From the NCBI GenBank assembly GCA_965206595.1, contig OZ242214.1, forward strand, positions 5,886,675 through 5,950,674: DNA of 64,000 nt, given 5' to 3'. Shown piece after piece: positions 48,491 through 59,248 of the stretch. Made by a program: the position numbers and the translations under genes. The notes below the pieces were generated by a model, which had not been told where the DNA came from, ran no database searches, and saw only the letters and a program-made list of their open reading frames with translations. Each line of letters opens with the position of its first letter. The first letter of the stretch is position 1. The DNA comes from Candidatus Latescibacterota bacterium (GTDB lineage: Bacteria; Latescibacterota; UBA2968; UBA8231).

Positions 48491-50377
48491 CTACAGGAAT
48501 CTGCAGGACTTCAGCTCGCGGGCAGAGAGGCGGATGCCCCCCGCCTTCAGGCCGCGTACCGGGTAGTCGGACACGGCGAAGCACTCGTTAAGCACACGCA
48601 GCCTGGGCTTCGGCTTGTAGTCGACCGAAACGGTGGCGTCCGGACTGGTGGTAAGGCGCAGCAGCTTGCAGCCTTCCGGGACCAGTTCGTACGAGCGGTT
48701 GAGGATGAACTGGTCGATGACGCAGCGCTTGATGCAGGGCCGGCCCTTCGCGTCGCGGTAAACGGCGTTGAAGACCGTGTCCTTGTCGACGAAGCCGCAG
48801 TGAAGCATCCCCTTGCCGACGAAGAGCTTGTCGGGAGCGTCGATCACCGAGTAGGAGCCGCCGGCGCGGATCACCAGCACGCGGTCGTACTGGGATACGT
48901 TGAACTGCGCCTGTCCGTTCACTTCGTAGCCGAGATAGCCGCTCCCCTTGTCGTAGGCCAGTTTGAGGTCGCGCTTGGCAGCCTCGCGGACGTCGACCTT
49001 CTCGAGGGACAGGATCTCGGTGCGGCGCGGAAACAGCGGGCGCTGCTTCTCGATCAGGTTTTCGAGAAAGGCGATCGCGTACGGAATGATGTTTTCCAGG
49101 TGGTGGGCGACCTGTTTCAGCCGCTCCTCGATCTCGCGCGCTTCCTTATTGGCGCGCTCCATGTCGTAAAGCGAGATGCGGCGGATGGGGATCCTGAGCA
49201 GGGTGTCGACGTCGTCGAGGGTAACCTCTCTGCCGATCTCTGCACGGTGCGGCTCGAGGCCGGACAGTACCGCCTGCAGGACGGCGTCGGCGCTCTTCTT
49301 GTCCTCGATCTCCTGGTAGATCCGGTTTTCGATGAAGATCCGTTCGAGCGTCCGGGCGTGCAGCCTGTCCTTGAGCCGGCCCTGCTCGACCAGAAGCTCG
49401 GCCTTCAGGATGTCGACGAGCCGGTCGACGTTGTGCCGCAGGATCTCGGCGACGCCCATTACCCGCGGTTTGTCGCCATCGATCACCACCGGGTTGCAGG
49501 ACAGGGACAGTTCGCAATCGGTGAAGGCGTAAAGCGCGTCGACCACCTCCTGGCCGTAGACGCCGCGCGGCAGCTTGATCTCGACCTCGACGTTCTCGGC
49601 GGTGTAGTCGTGGATGCTGGAGATCCTGACCTTGTTCTTGCGGGCGGCGTCCTCGACCGAGGCGATCAGCAGCTCCGTGGTCGTGCCGTAGGGGATCTCG
49701 GTGATGACGATCCGCTTGGGGTCGGACAGATCCATGCGCGCCCGCACCAGCACCTTGCCCTTGCCGCCGGCGTACTGCGACACGTCGGCCATGCCCGCCG
49801 TAGGGAAGTCCGGGAGGAGCTCGAACTCCCCATTCTTCAAGTAGGCGACCTGCGCCTCGAGCAGCTCGATCAGGTTGTGCGGCAGGATGCGCGTCGCCAT
49901 GCCCACGGCGATCCCTTCAGCTCCCTGCGCCAGCAGCACCGGTAACTTCGCCGGCAGGATCACCGGCTCCTTGTTGCGGCCGTCGTACGAATCGACGTAC
50001 TCGGTGATCTCGGGATCGAACAGGACCTCGGAGGCGAGAGGGGACAGGCGGCACTCGATGTAGCGGGCGGCCGAGGCCATGTCGCCGGTGTAAATGTTGC
50101 CGAAGTTCCCCTGCCGGTCGATGAACAGCTCCTTGTTCGCCAGCACGACGAGGGCCGAATAGATCGAGGCGTCGCCGTGCGGGTGGTATCTCATGGTGTG
50201 GCCGACGACGTTGGCGACTTTGTGAAACTTGCCGTCGTCGAGCTCGAAGAGGGCGTGCAGGATGCGCCGCTGCACCGGTTTGAGCCCGTCGTCGACGTGG
50301 GGAATGGCGCGGTACTTGATCGCGTACGAGGCGTACTCGACGAAGTTTTTCTCGTACAGGGTGTCTACGTAAGCCAT
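48491..50377 (-). CDS. Type IIA topoisomerase subunit A (GyrA/ParC-like), short form (628 aa)
   Basis: …GLKPVQRRIL…, active-site Tyr context AARYIECRL; canonical ~300-aa beta-pinwheel C-terminal domain absent. Confidence 0.8.
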   Translation of the reverse strand: MAYVDTLYEKNFVEYASYAIKYRAIPHVDDGLKPVQRRILHALFELDDGKFHKVANVVGHTMRYHPHGDASIYSALVVLANKELFIDRQGNFGNIYTGDMASAARYIECRLSPLASEVLFDPEITEYVDSYDGRNKEPVILPAKLPVLLAQGAEGIAVGMATRILPHNLIELLEAQVAYLKNGEFELLPDFPTAGMADVSQYAGGKGKVLVRARMDLSDPKRIVITEIPYGTTTELLIASVEDAARKNKVRISSIHDYTAENVEVEIKLPRGVYGQEVVDALYAFTDCELSLSCNPVVIDGDKPRVMGVAEILRHNVDRLVDILKAELLVEQGRLKDRLHARTLERIFIENRIYQEIEDKKSADAVLQAVLSGLEPHRAEIGREVTLDDVDTLLRIPIRRISLYDMERANKEAREIEERLKQVAHHLENIIPYAIAFLENLIEKQRPLFPRRTEILSLEKVDVREAAKRDLKLAYDKGSGYLGYEVNGQAQFNVSQYDRVLVIRAGGSYSVIDAPDKLFVGKGMLHCGFVDKDTVFNAVYRDAKGRPCIKRCVIDQFILNRSYELVPEGCKLLRLTTSPDATVSVDYKPKPRLRVLNECFAVSDYPVRGLKAGGIRLSARELKSCRFL

Positions 50378-50441
50378 CTCTGTTCAGTGGGGGTGGAGGC
50401 GGAGGCCGCCCGGCTCGCCGGGCGGCCTCCGCCTCCACCCC

Positions 50442-52325
50442 TCAGACGAGGTTCTCCATGATGAAATCGCGGCGCTCGGGGGTGTTCTTGCCCATGTAGA
50501 AGGACATGGTTCCCGGCACTTCGGCAATCGACCGGACGCTGACTTTCACCAGCCGCATGTCGCCGCCGATGAACTGCCCGAACTCCTTCGGGGAGATCTC
50601 GCCCAGTCCCTTGAATCGCGTCACCTCGGGCTGCTGCATGCCTTGGAGCGCCCGGTCCCGCTCCTTGTCGCTGTAGCAGTAGACGGTCTCCTTCCTGGAG
50701 CGCACCCGGAACAGCGGCGTTTCCAGTATGTAGAGATGCCCGGCGATGACCAGCTCCTCGAAGAAATTGAGGAAGAACGTCATTAGCAGGTTGCGGATGT
50801 GGAAGCCGTCGACGTCGGCGTCGGTGGCGATCACGACGCGTTCGTAGCGCAGATTCTCGATTCCGTCCTCGATACCGAGGGCCATCATCAGGTTGAACAG
50901 CTCTTCGTTTTTGTAGGTGGCGGCCTTGCCGCGGCCGAACATGTTCTGCGGTTTCCCCTTGAGGGTGAAGATCGCCTGCGTATTCGGGTCGCGCGCCGAC
51001 ACGATCGACCCGGCCGCGGACTGCCCCTCGGTCAGGAAGATCGTCGACTCCCCGCCGTGCCTGTGGCCGCGGTTGTACTTGCAGTCGCGCAGATTCGGAT
51101 TCCTGATCTGGATTTTGCGGGCCGCGTCCTTGGCCTCCTTCTTAACCGCGTTCAGCTCCTTGCGCAGCTTCTCGTTATGAACGATGCGCCTTTCCAGGGT
51201 TTCGGCGGCGTCGCGGTTCTTGTGCAGGAAGTCGACGACCGCCCCCTTGACCTCGTTGACGACCCAGCCTCGCAGGTCGGTGTTGCCGAGCTTGTTCTTG
51301 GTCTGCGACTCGAACACCGGATCCCGCAGCTTGACGGCGACGGCCCCGGCCAGTCCTTCGCGGACGTCGACGCCGCCGTAGTTCTTGCGGTAGAACTCGT
51401 TGACCCCCTTGAGAATCCCCTCGCGGAAGGCGCTCTGATGGGTGCCCCCGTCGCTGGTGAACTGGCCGTTGACGAAGGAGCGGTAGGACTCGCCGTAGCC
51501 GTCGATGTGGGTGAAGGCGAACTCGAGCGCCTGCGACCGGAAATAGGCCGGGGGGTAGGTTTCCCCGTCTCCCACCTCGCGTTTCAGCAGATCGAGCAGA
51601 CCTCCTTTCGACTTGAACTTCTCGCCTTCGAGAAACAGCTGCAGGCCCCTGTTGAGGCAGGCGTAGTTCCACAGGCGCCGGGCGAGGAAATCGCGCTCGT
51701 ACCGGTATTCTCCGAAGATCTCCTCGTCCGGGGTGAACTCGACCAGGGTGCCGGCCGGTTCCCCCTGGGCTTTCCCGGTTCGGGTGCGGCCGACCTGGGT
51801 ACCGCGCTTGAATTCCGCCTTGGCGTACTTCCCGTCGCGGTAGCTGACGACGCGAAACGACCTCGAGAGGGCGTTGACGGCCTTGGTGCCGACCCCGTTC
51901 AGGCCGACGCTGAACTGGAAGACGTCGTCGTTGTACTTGGCGCCCGTGTTGATGACGGATACGCACTCGACCACCTTGCCGAGCGGAATGCCGCGCCCGT
52001 AGTCGCGCACCCGCACCGCTGCGCCTTCGGTCCCGTCCTCGATTGCGATCTCGATCTTCTTTCCGAATCCCATGATGTGCTCGTCGACACCGTTGTCGAT
52101 CACCTCCTTGATCAGCACGTAGATGCCGTCGTCCGGGTCGGACCCGTTGCCGAGGCGCCCGATGTACATGCCGGTGCGCAGGCGGATGTGCTCGAGAGAG
52201 CTGAGGGTCTTGATCTTGCTCTCGTCGTACGCCGAGCCGGGAGGTTGCTTGCCGTTCTTTCCGGAGCCGGTGGCGCCGGATTTGGAGAAGGATATCTCGC
52301 TCTGAAGTGCTGTCGCTGAAGTCAT
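50442..52325 (-). CDS. Type IIA topoisomerase subunit B (GyrB/ParE-like, 627 aa)
   Basis: GHKL ATPase plus Toprim motifs (…EGDSAGGS-like TEGQSAAGS, …PLRGKILN-like TLKGKPQNM). Confidence 0.85.
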   Translation of the reverse strand: MTSATALQSEISFSKSGATGSGKNGKQPPGSAYDESKIKTLSSLEHIRLRTGMYIGRLGNGSDPDDGIYVLIKEVIDNGVDEHIMGFGKKIEIAIEDGTEGAAVRVRDYGRGIPLGKVVECVSVINTGAKYNDDVFQFSVGLNGVGTKAVNALSRSFRVVSYRDGKYAKAEFKRGTQVGRTRTGKAQGEPAGTLVEFTPDEEIFGEYRYERDFLARRLWNYACLNRGLQLFLEGEKFKSKGGLLDLLKREVGDGETYPPAYFRSQALEFAFTHIDGYGESYRSFVNGQFTSDGGTHQSAFREGILKGVNEFYRKNYGGVDVREGLAGAVAVKLRDPVFESQTKNKLGNTDLRGWVVNEVKGAVVDFLHKNRDAAETLERRIVHNEKLRKELNAVKKEAKDAARKIQIRNPNLRDCKYNRGHRHGGESTIFLTEGQSAAGSIVSARDPNTQAIFTLKGKPQNMFGRGKAATYKNEELFNLMMALGIEDGIENLRYERVVIATDADVDGFHIRNLLMTFFLNFFEELVIAGHLYILETPLFRVRSRKETVYCYSDKERDRALQGMQQPEVTRFKGLGEISPKEFGQFIGGDMRLVKVSVRSIAEVPGTMSFYMGKNTPERRDFIMENLV

Positions 52326-52705
52326 GGTTGCTTTTGCATCTCACTCGACCCGGCCGGGAGACTGGCGGGCAAAGCGGCCGCGGAAAACGGATGGGTTGTC
52401 CCGCGGATTATTCGTTGGACCGGGGATGGAGAAACGGCGTCACCGGGGAGGCAGCCGACCGACTTTGCCAAGATAATCACGCTTGCGGATCGGCGCACCG
52501 GGCGCGGCGGCAGGGAGAATTCGGGCTGGTTCTGCCGGGTCGTCTTCCCGGCGTGGGGGGGGTTCGCATGCACGGGGTTTCGATCCTTCGGCCGGAAAAC
52601 GCCCTTCGCCTTCAAACCTGCCGGCGGTCGGCCTCGCAACGACACCGGAACTCTTTGCCTCGAAAACGGCCGCGGGCGCGACCGTGTCAAGCCAGAGGCA
52701 AAGCT

Positions 52706-53974
52706 CTACCGTCGTTTTCCCCGGTGCTCGCGGTGAGGCGGCGGTCCGTGGTGTTCCACCCGCCCGGCGCCCCTCTCTTGCGGCCGGGGACGGCCGCGGC
52801 GACGGCCCCCGCCGGTTTGCGACAGGTCCGGCTCGTGCCCCCGCCAGGTCGGCTCGATGCTGTTGGCGTGGAGCAGGCTCTTCAGGTCTCTGAGATCGCG
52901 ATCGGTCACCAGGGTCATGGCGATTCCGGTGCGGCCCATGCGGCCGGTGCGGCCGGTGCGGTGGGTGTAGGTCTCGGCGCTCCTGGGGAAATCGTAGTTG
53001 ATCACGTGGCTCACGTGGGTGAAGTCGAGCCCGCGGCCGGCGACGTCGGTGGCGATCATGTACTTGATCTTGCGCTCGCGGAAGCGGGTGAAGAGAGAGG
53101 TGCGCCGGTCCTGGGTCAGGCCGCCGTGGATGATTTCCAGGGATTGCAGGCGCCGGCGAAGGTCGCGGTGCAGATCGCTTGCCTTGTCGCGGGAGTTGCA
53201 GAAGATCAGCGCCTGTCCGACTCCGTCCTCGGTGAGGAAGCTCTCGAGCGCCTTCGTGCGATCGCGGCCGGTGTGCAGGAAATGGTGTTGCAGCGATTGC
53301 GGCGCCTGCTGCTCGCGGTTGAGCTCGACGCGGACCGGATCGCGCTGAAAGCGCTTGGTCAGGGAGTCGATCTGAGGGGGCATGGTGGCCGAGAACAGCA
53401 GCGTCTGATGCTCCTGTAAAAGGCAGGAGAGGATGAAGTCGACGTCCTCGATGAACCCCATCTTCAACATTTCGTCCGCCTCGTCGAGAACGACGGTGCG
53501 GACCTGCGTCAGGTCGAGCCGGGTGTTCCAGATGAAGTCGATCAGGCGGCCGGGCGTCGCCACCAGGATGTGGACGCCGTGGTTCAACTTTGACTTCTGG
53601 ATACTCATGTCGAAGCCGCCGAAGACAGCGAAGCAGACGACGCCGGTGTGTCCGGCGAGGGAGTCGAGCTCCTGCACGTACTGGAGTGCGAGCTCCCGCG
53701 TCGGGACGAGTATGAGGTACTGTATCGCCCCGGTCTCGGGATCGGCGGCGTTGACCATCGGCACGCCGCAGGCCGCGGTCTTTCCCGAGCCGGTCTCGGC
53801 CAGTCCCAGGAGGTCACGGCCTTCGAGTATGTGGGGGATGGCTTCTTCCTGGATCGGGGTCATGTCGTCGTACCCCATTACGGCGAGGGCCTCGAGGACT
53901 TCCGGCTTTAGATCTATTTCGGTGAATTTCACGTAGGGTTGATACTCCTTGCAGGGTGATATGCGCGTCCGCAC
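52706..53974 (-). CDS. DEAD-box RNA helicase with an RG-rich C-terminal tail
   Basis: Q motif, AETGSGKT, DEAD (VLDEADEML), SAT, HRTGRTGR; GTG start after AGGAG. Confidence 0.8.
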   Translation of the reverse strand: MRTRISPCKEYQPYVKFTEIDLKPEVLEALAVMGYDDMTPIQEEAIPHILEGRDLLGLAETGSGKTAACGVPMVNAADPETGAIQYLILVPTRELALQYVQELDSLAGHTGVVCFAVFGGFDMSIQKSKLNHGVHILVATPGRLIDFIWNTRLDLTQVRTVVLDEADEMLKMGFIEDVDFILSCLLQEHQTLLFSATMPPQIDSLTKRFQRDPVRVELNREQQAPQSLQHHFLHTGRDRTKALESFLTEDGVGQALIFCNSRDKASDLHRDLRRRLQSLEIIHGGLTQDRRTSLFTRFRERKIKYMIATDVAGRGLDFTHVSHVINYDFPRSAETYTHRTGRTGRMGRTGIAMTLVTDRDLRDLKSLLHANSIEPTWRGHEPDLSQTGGGRRRGRPRPQERGAGRVEHHGPPPHREHRGKRR

Positions 53975-54263
53975 TGTGGCGACGGACTGTTTGGTGCTTT
54001 GGGTTCGAGGAGATGGGAACTGCCGCCGGGGGCCGGCAATCAGCTGGCGTCTGCGGTGGGAGACTATAATTATAAAGGTAGGAACAGGGACCGAACCGGT
54101 AAAATCCGAGCGCGCGGATCACGCGATCCGGCCCAGGTGAATCCGCTGCGGCTCGCCAGCGCCGCGGCCGTTTCGGCATCGGCTGCTATCCCGGAGAAGC
54201 GGTCCTCCGGCAGCCCACCATGGCCCGGATTCGGGAGTCAGTCAGGCTAACGGCGCGGGGGGA

Positions 54264-55304
54264 TCAGGTGCCTCCCAGCACCGACTGCGTCTGTTTTTCC
54301 ACCTCGTCCCAGTCGAACTCGGCGCCCAGACCCGGTCCCTGCGGCACGGGGAGGTGGCCGTTCTCCACCGCGAGGGGATTGACGATCAGGGGCTCTCCCC
54401 CCTGTGACCCGGTCGCCGTGGTTTCGTAGAAGGTGCAGTTCCTGATGGCGCCGATGACGTGGGCGTGAACGAACCCGTGCATCACTCCGCGCGAGGTGAT
54501 TTCGCAGCTCATGCCGAAGGCCTCGGCGAGGCGGGCGATCATGAGCATGTCGGTGATGCCGCCGCGCCAGGGGACGCTGGCGCGCACGATGTCCACCGCC
54601 TGTTGGGCTACCAGCTGCGAGGTGGAGTAGATGGTTCCAGGCAGGTACTCGGTGGCCGCGATCGGGATGTCGAGGGCCGCGGCGAGCTTCTTGAGCCCCA
54701 TGAGGTCGAAGTCCCTCAGCGGCTCCTCGAACCAGAAGTACTCCTCTTCCTGCAGGACGCGGCCGACGCGCAGGGCGTCGCTGAACACGTACTGCTGCAC
54801 GGCGTCGTGCATCAGGTGGAAATCAGGTCCGACGGCGCGCCGGGATTCCCGCGCCACTTCCATCATCATTTCCGGCGGATTGTCGCGGAAGTGGTCCTTG
54901 TAGCCGAAGAACCCCTCGTCCCGGGCTTGCACCGCCTCGGCGACGAAGCGCTCCACCGTGTCGAAGTTCGGGCCCATCTTGTAGGCGGGAATCGAGTCGC
55001 GGAATCCGCCGATGAGCCGGTACACCGGCAGGCCGGTCGCCTTTCCGAGCAGGTCCCAGATGGCGACGTCGACGTGCCCCCGCACCGGTTGCGGCAGGTA
55101 CTGGAAGCGGTCGCGGCGGCTCAGCTCCTCCCAGATGCGCTGGCGGTCGAACGGGTCCTGGCCGATCAGGTAGTCGCGGTACGCCGACTGGATGTGCCGT
55201 GCGGTGTTCTCGTCCAGTCCCAGGCAGCAGCCCTCGATGCCCTCGTCAGTGCCGATGCGCAGGAGTCCGATCGGCAGGTGGATGCGGATGTCGGTGATTT
55301 TCAT
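54264..55304 (-). CDS. Enolase-superfamily enzyme (mandelate racemase / sugar-acid dehydratase-like)
   Basis: MR/MLE family sequence; 346 aa. Confidence 0.75.
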   Translation of the reverse strand: MKITDIRIHLPIGLLRIGTDEGIEGCCLGLDENTARHIQSAYRDYLIGQDPFDRQRIWEELSRRDRFQYLPQPVRGHVDVAIWDLLGKATGLPVYRLIGGFRDSIPAYKMGPNFDTVERFVAEAVQARDEGFFGYKDHFRDNPPEMMMEVARESRRAVGPDFHLMHDAVQQYVFSDALRVGRVLQEEEYFWFEEPLRDFDLMGLKKLAAALDIPIAATEYLPGTIYSTSQLVAQQAVDIVRASVPWRGGITDMLMIARLAEAFGMSCEITSRGVMHGFVHAHVIGAIRNCTFYETTATGSQGGEPLIVNPLAVENGHLPVPQGPGLGAEFDWDEVEKQTQSVLGGT

Positions 55305-55604
55305 GGCCTGCCTCGTCTGGTTCGTCGGAGCGGTATCCGGAAACGGGAAATACCGGCTGCTGCAGGAGCCGAGTCAACATTTGCCCGCGTGGATGCACAT
55401 CCCCGACCTGATCGCACCAGGCACCCGGGCCGTTCGCCAATCTCCATCGGGGGCGCTGCGCCGCTGAGGGGACACGCAGAATCGCCCAGAATTCAGCAGG
55501 CCGCTGCGTGACAGATCATCCCGGCTGCCTTCAACCGGACAAATCGCGGTGGAGAGCATGGCTGCAGCACCTTTTATTGAGCTGTTCCAAATGAAAGGAT
55601 GGAT

Positions 55605-56876
55605 ATGTCCGAAAAACTTCCCCTCGCCATCGTCGGTTGCGGCGGCATGGGTCACCGCCATCTCTACGGCCTCGCCGAGCTGCAAAGCGCCGGCCTGTCC
55701 CCCTTTGAGCTGGTGGGTGCCTGCGACCCCAACCTCGACAACGCCCACTCGCTCGCCGACCAGGCAGAAGAGCGGCTGGGCACGCGACCCCACCCCGTCA
55801 AAGACCTCGCCCAACTGGCTTCCGTCGGCCCGGTCCAGGCCGTCGATATCACCACCCTGCCGGCCCATCATCACACCGTGGCCGTCGCGGCCATGGAGCG
55901 AGGCTGGCACGCGATGTGCGAAAAACCGATGGGGCTTACGGTCCGCGCCTGCAAGCAGATGATCGCCAAAGCCCAGGAGACCGGGTGCCTCCTCTCAGTG
56001 GCGGAAAATTACCGGCGCGACCCGGTGAACCGCCTCGCCAAGGCCCTGCTCGATGCCGGCGTCATCGGGCCTCCTCGCCTGATGCAGCAAATGACCATGG
56101 GCAGCGGCGACCGCATGGTCATTTCGGTGTGGCGGCACCAGAAGAACTCGAGCGGCATCCTCCTCGACGCGGGGGTTCACTATGCCGACATCATGGAGTA
56201 CTTCCTCGGGGAGGCCGACACGGCCTACGCGCAAACCCGCCTGCACGAGCCGACCCGCAAGAACCCGGTAGCCGGACGCACCGACGTAAGCAGCGGCTCG
56301 CCGGGGGGCGTCTACGAGCGCTGGCAGAAAGACATGCCCGCCGAGTTTACGGCCACCGCGGACGATGCGGCCTACGCCACCATCCTCTTCAAAAGCGGCG
56401 CGGTCGCCCAGTACATCGAAGACCACGCGGCCCACGGCCAGAACCTGCGGCGGCGATCCATCCACGGCAGCCGCGGCTCGCTGGAGCTGCCCGGCGATCG
56501 CTCGGGCAACCGCCTCACGCTCCACCTCGACGGCGCGGACCCCATGGACGGCGAGGACCTGCTCGACCTCGTGCCCGACCACCGCCTCGACGAGGCCACG
56601 TCCGCGCTCTTCGGCGGCGACCGGTTGTTCGAGTACCCCTTCCCCTTTCCCGAGACCGACCGCAAGCTGATCGCCGTCGAATACCACGAGCTCGGCATCT
56701 GCATTCAACAGGGGCGACAGCCCGAAGTCGATGCCCGGCAGGGCGCCCGTTCCGTGGGCCTGTCCTACAGCCTGATGGAGTCGCAGGTCGCCGCCGGCGC
56801 GCTCTCCGTCGATGCCGTCTGCGACGACCGGATCAACGCCTACCAGGCCGAGATCAACGAGCACCTGGGGCTTTGA
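55605..56876 (+). CDS. Gfo/Idh/MocA-family NAD(P)-dependent oxidoreductase
   Basis: N-terminal Rossmann motif LAIVGCGGMGHRH. Confidence 0.8.
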   Translation: MSEKLPLAIVGCGGMGHRHLYGLAELQSAGLSPFELVGACDPNLDNAHSLADQAEERLGTRPHPVKDLAQLASVGPVQAVDITTLPAHHHTVAVAAMERGWHAMCEKPMGLTVRACKQMIAKAQETGCLLSVAENYRRDPVNRLAKALLDAGVIGPPRLMQQMTMGSGDRMVISVWRHQKNSSGILLDAGVHYADIMEYFLGEADTAYAQTRLHEPTRKNPVAGRTDVSSGSPGGVYERWQKDMPAEFTATADDAAYATILFKSGAVAQYIEDHAAHGQNLRRRSIHGSRGSLELPGDRSGNRLTLHLDGADPMDGEDLLDLVPDHRLDEATSALFGGDRLFEYPFPFPETDRKLIAVEYHELGICIQQGRQPEVDARQGARSVGLSYSLMESQVAAGALSVDAVCDDRINAYQAEINEHLGL

Positions 56877-57040
56877 ACGATGGTCCAAAGCGAACCTGGC
56901 TTCCCGTGGCCCGGGTTGGCCGATGCCGGAGAAAGGGTCCTGCGAGGCGATAGGGCTCGGTCCCTTGACCATCAAAGGCCGGTGATCAAAGTCCCGCCTC
57001 CGCTTGTTGACCCCGCTGCAGGAGGCCGATTCCTTTTGTC

Positions 57041-57066
57041 TCCGATCCCGATCCCGATCCCGATCT
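57041..57066. repeat. Hexanucleotide tandem repeat (cgatcc x3 + cgatc), each unit holding a GATC site, 11 nt upstream of the 57077 start codon
   Basis: Seen directly. Confidence 0.8.
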
Positions 57067-57076
57067 GGAGCCCGAC

Positions 57077-57436
57077 ATGCACGAAGCTGCAAGAGACTGG
57101 CTGGCACAGTGCCGGAACAAGCTCGGCGCCGAGGCGATAACCGCCGCGGATCTCGACCGTCTCGGCGACCTGCTCGCCGAACCCCGCCAGCAGGTCCTCT
57201 ACCTCTACGGCAAATCGACCAACATGCGCTCGCCGCTGGCCAGCTGGGCCCTGTACGACCCTACCCAGCCGCAAACGCCGACTCTGCCCAGCGACGAACC
57301 ACCCTACGAATCGGTGCTCGCGGCCGTGGCCGATGGCTGGCGCGTGGTGCAGTTTCCCATCGCCAAGCTCTACGCGTACGAGGGCCAGGACAACGACTAC
57401 CTCGGTTACGAGTTCGTGCTCGAGAAATTCGTTTAG
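57077..57436 (+). CDS. Hypothetical protein (119 aa)
   Basis: ORF with a GGAG RBS; no motif. Confidence 0.45.
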   Translation: MHEAARDWLAQCRNKLGAEAITAADLDRLGDLLAEPRQQVLYLYGKSTNMRSPLASWALYDPTQPQTPTLPSDEPPYESVLAAVADGWRVVQFPIAKLYAYEGQDNDYLGYEFVLEKFV

Positions 57437-57445
57437 GAGGAGCGG

Positions 57446-58240
57446 ATGTTTTCAGTTGAACCGACGCTGAACGACGACGGCGTCATGGACTTCGTCGCCT
57501 CCGGTCTGGTCGTCCTCGAAGGGGTCATCGAAGAGAGCTTCAATCGCCGCTGCGACGACCTCGCCGCGGGCAACTGCGACGCCTTGATCGCTTCGGACGA
57601 CTTCACTCACCAGGTGCTCCTGCATCCCCGGGTCGCCGGGGTCGCGCGCTCGCTCCTGGGCGAGGAATTCCTGGTTCCCCGGGGCGGGCACCACCACTAT
57701 TTCAAGGAGCCGCACCTCGGCCAAACCTGGCATTCGGACGGGCTTTCGGGCAGCGGCTACGATGTCGTCGAGCTCCAGTGCTACTACTACCCTCACAGCG
57801 TCGGGCTGGCCGACGGGCCGACCATGGTTCTGCCCGGCTCGCATTGCCGCGCCGTCGACCGCGAGGCCATCGCCCACTACGGCGATATCCGCGGCCAGGT
57901 TTCGCTGACGGTGCAGGCCGGCACCGTGGCGATGACCCGCTATGGCATCTGGCACAAGGCCGGCCCCAAGACCAACGACCGCGCCCGCAGCATGATTAAG
58001 TTTTCCTACCACCGGACGGCGGAACCCCGGAGGGACTGGCTCTGCGATACGCCGGATATTCCCGCCTACCGCGACCGCCCGCGCCTGCCGTATGTCACCG
58101 AAGTCGAATCCTACCGCGACCGGGTGCGGCGCATCCGCACCTGGAACTGGCTTTGCGGCATTGACCAGGAGGTCGAGCTGCGCTGGGAACCCTCGAGGCG
58201 TGTCTCGGAACTGACAGGCGAAGGCGCTCCAGCGTCATAG
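57446..58240 (+). CDS. Phytanoyl-CoA dioxygenase (PhyH) family protein
   Basis: PhyH-like sequence; …WHSDG… iron-binding region. Confidence 0.7.
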   Translation: MFSVEPTLNDDGVMDFVASGLVVLEGVIEESFNRRCDDLAAGNCDALIASDDFTHQVLLHPRVAGVARSLLGEEFLVPRGGHHHYFKEPHLGQTWHSDGLSGSGYDVVELQCYYYPHSVGLADGPTMVLPGSHCRAVDREAIAHYGDIRGQVSLTVQAGTVAMTRYGIWHKAGPKTNDRARSMIKFSYHRTAEPRRDWLCDTPDIPAYRDRPRLPYVTEVESYRDRVRRIRTWNWLCGIDQEVELRWEPSRRVSELTGEGAPAS

Positions 58241-58471
58241 GATCCTGGGCGCTGTTCCGGCCTGGAGCTCAGGGCTGACATAGCCATCTTCATCACCCCG
58301 GTGCCGCGTCTCCCTCCGCGGCCTCGCCATCGAGGCCATCGGCTGCCTCGCCACCGCCGCGAGCCATTTTGCCGTCCAGCCGTCCGGGGCGGTGCGAAAG
58401 TCCAGCAGCGGACCCCGGCGAGCCGTCGATGGATGAACATCTCGATGGCCATATCGATGCTCCTTTTTCTT

Positions 58472-59248
58472 TCAGGGATGTTCGAAAACGGTCTGGCGCA
58501 TGCTCCAAACAACCGGTTGCTGTCCGTCAAGTTGAGATCTGTAATGGAGCGCGTCGGCCAATGCGGCAAGTTCCGGGGGGCTGGCGGAAGCCTGCACTGC
58601 GGGGTTCTCACGGAGGGTTACGAAGGTCATCCCGAACATGGCGGCGGCGTCCTTCGCGGCAACGGTGTGCGGCGCGACGCGGTTTGAGCGGACTCGCAGG
58701 CCGTTCAGTTCCCTGATCGCGCCCAGCCTCCGCCCGACGTAGAGCTCGCCACCCCTGCCGCGGATGGCTGCTTCCACCAGGGCCAGATACTTCACGAACA
58801 CCGGGTCACTTGTGTGAATGGATTCCACCTCGTCCACCAGAATTGTCCCCGCGGGCGCCAAGCATCCCTTCCATGCCTCGATGGCGATGGCCGGATCCGG
58901 GAGGTGGGAGAGCAGCAGATGGCAGAAGACAACGTCCGCGGGCTCGATTGACGGAGGGCCTTCAGTCAGATCGTGGCGGACGAACCGCAGCGTTGGCGCA
59001 GACTCGGCGGCGAGACGCAGGAAGTGTTCCGACCGGTCGACGCCCATAGTCAGGGCAGCGCCCGACGTCTGCTGCAAGAGCCGGGTGGTGTAACCGGGGC
59101 CGCAGCCCAGGTCTGCCGCAACCTCGGGATGAGGGGGCGCGTCATCCCGGATGAACCTCTTCATCTCGGGCTCGAAGAGCCGCGCGGCGACCTTCAGCCG
59201 TTCGGCGGCCTGCTCGGAGTCCCCTAATGCGTACGCCTCGTCGCTCAT
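58472..59248 (-). CDS. Class I SAM-dependent methyltransferase
   Basis: Motif I DLGCGPGYTT; start at the internal Met, overlapping the upstream stop. Confidence 0.7.
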   Translation of the reverse strand: MSDEAYALGDSEQAAERLKVAARLFEPEMKRFIRDDAPPHPEVAADLGCGPGYTTRLLQQTSGAALTMGVDRSEHFLRLAAESAPTLRFVRHDLTEGPPSIEPADVVFCHLLLSHLPDPAIAIEAWKGCLAPAGTILVDEVESIHTSDPVFVKYLALVEAAIRGRGGELYVGRRLGAIRELNGLRVRSNRVAPHTVAAKDAAAMFGMTFVTLRENPAVQASASPPELAALADALHYRSQLDGQQPVVWSMRQTVFEHP

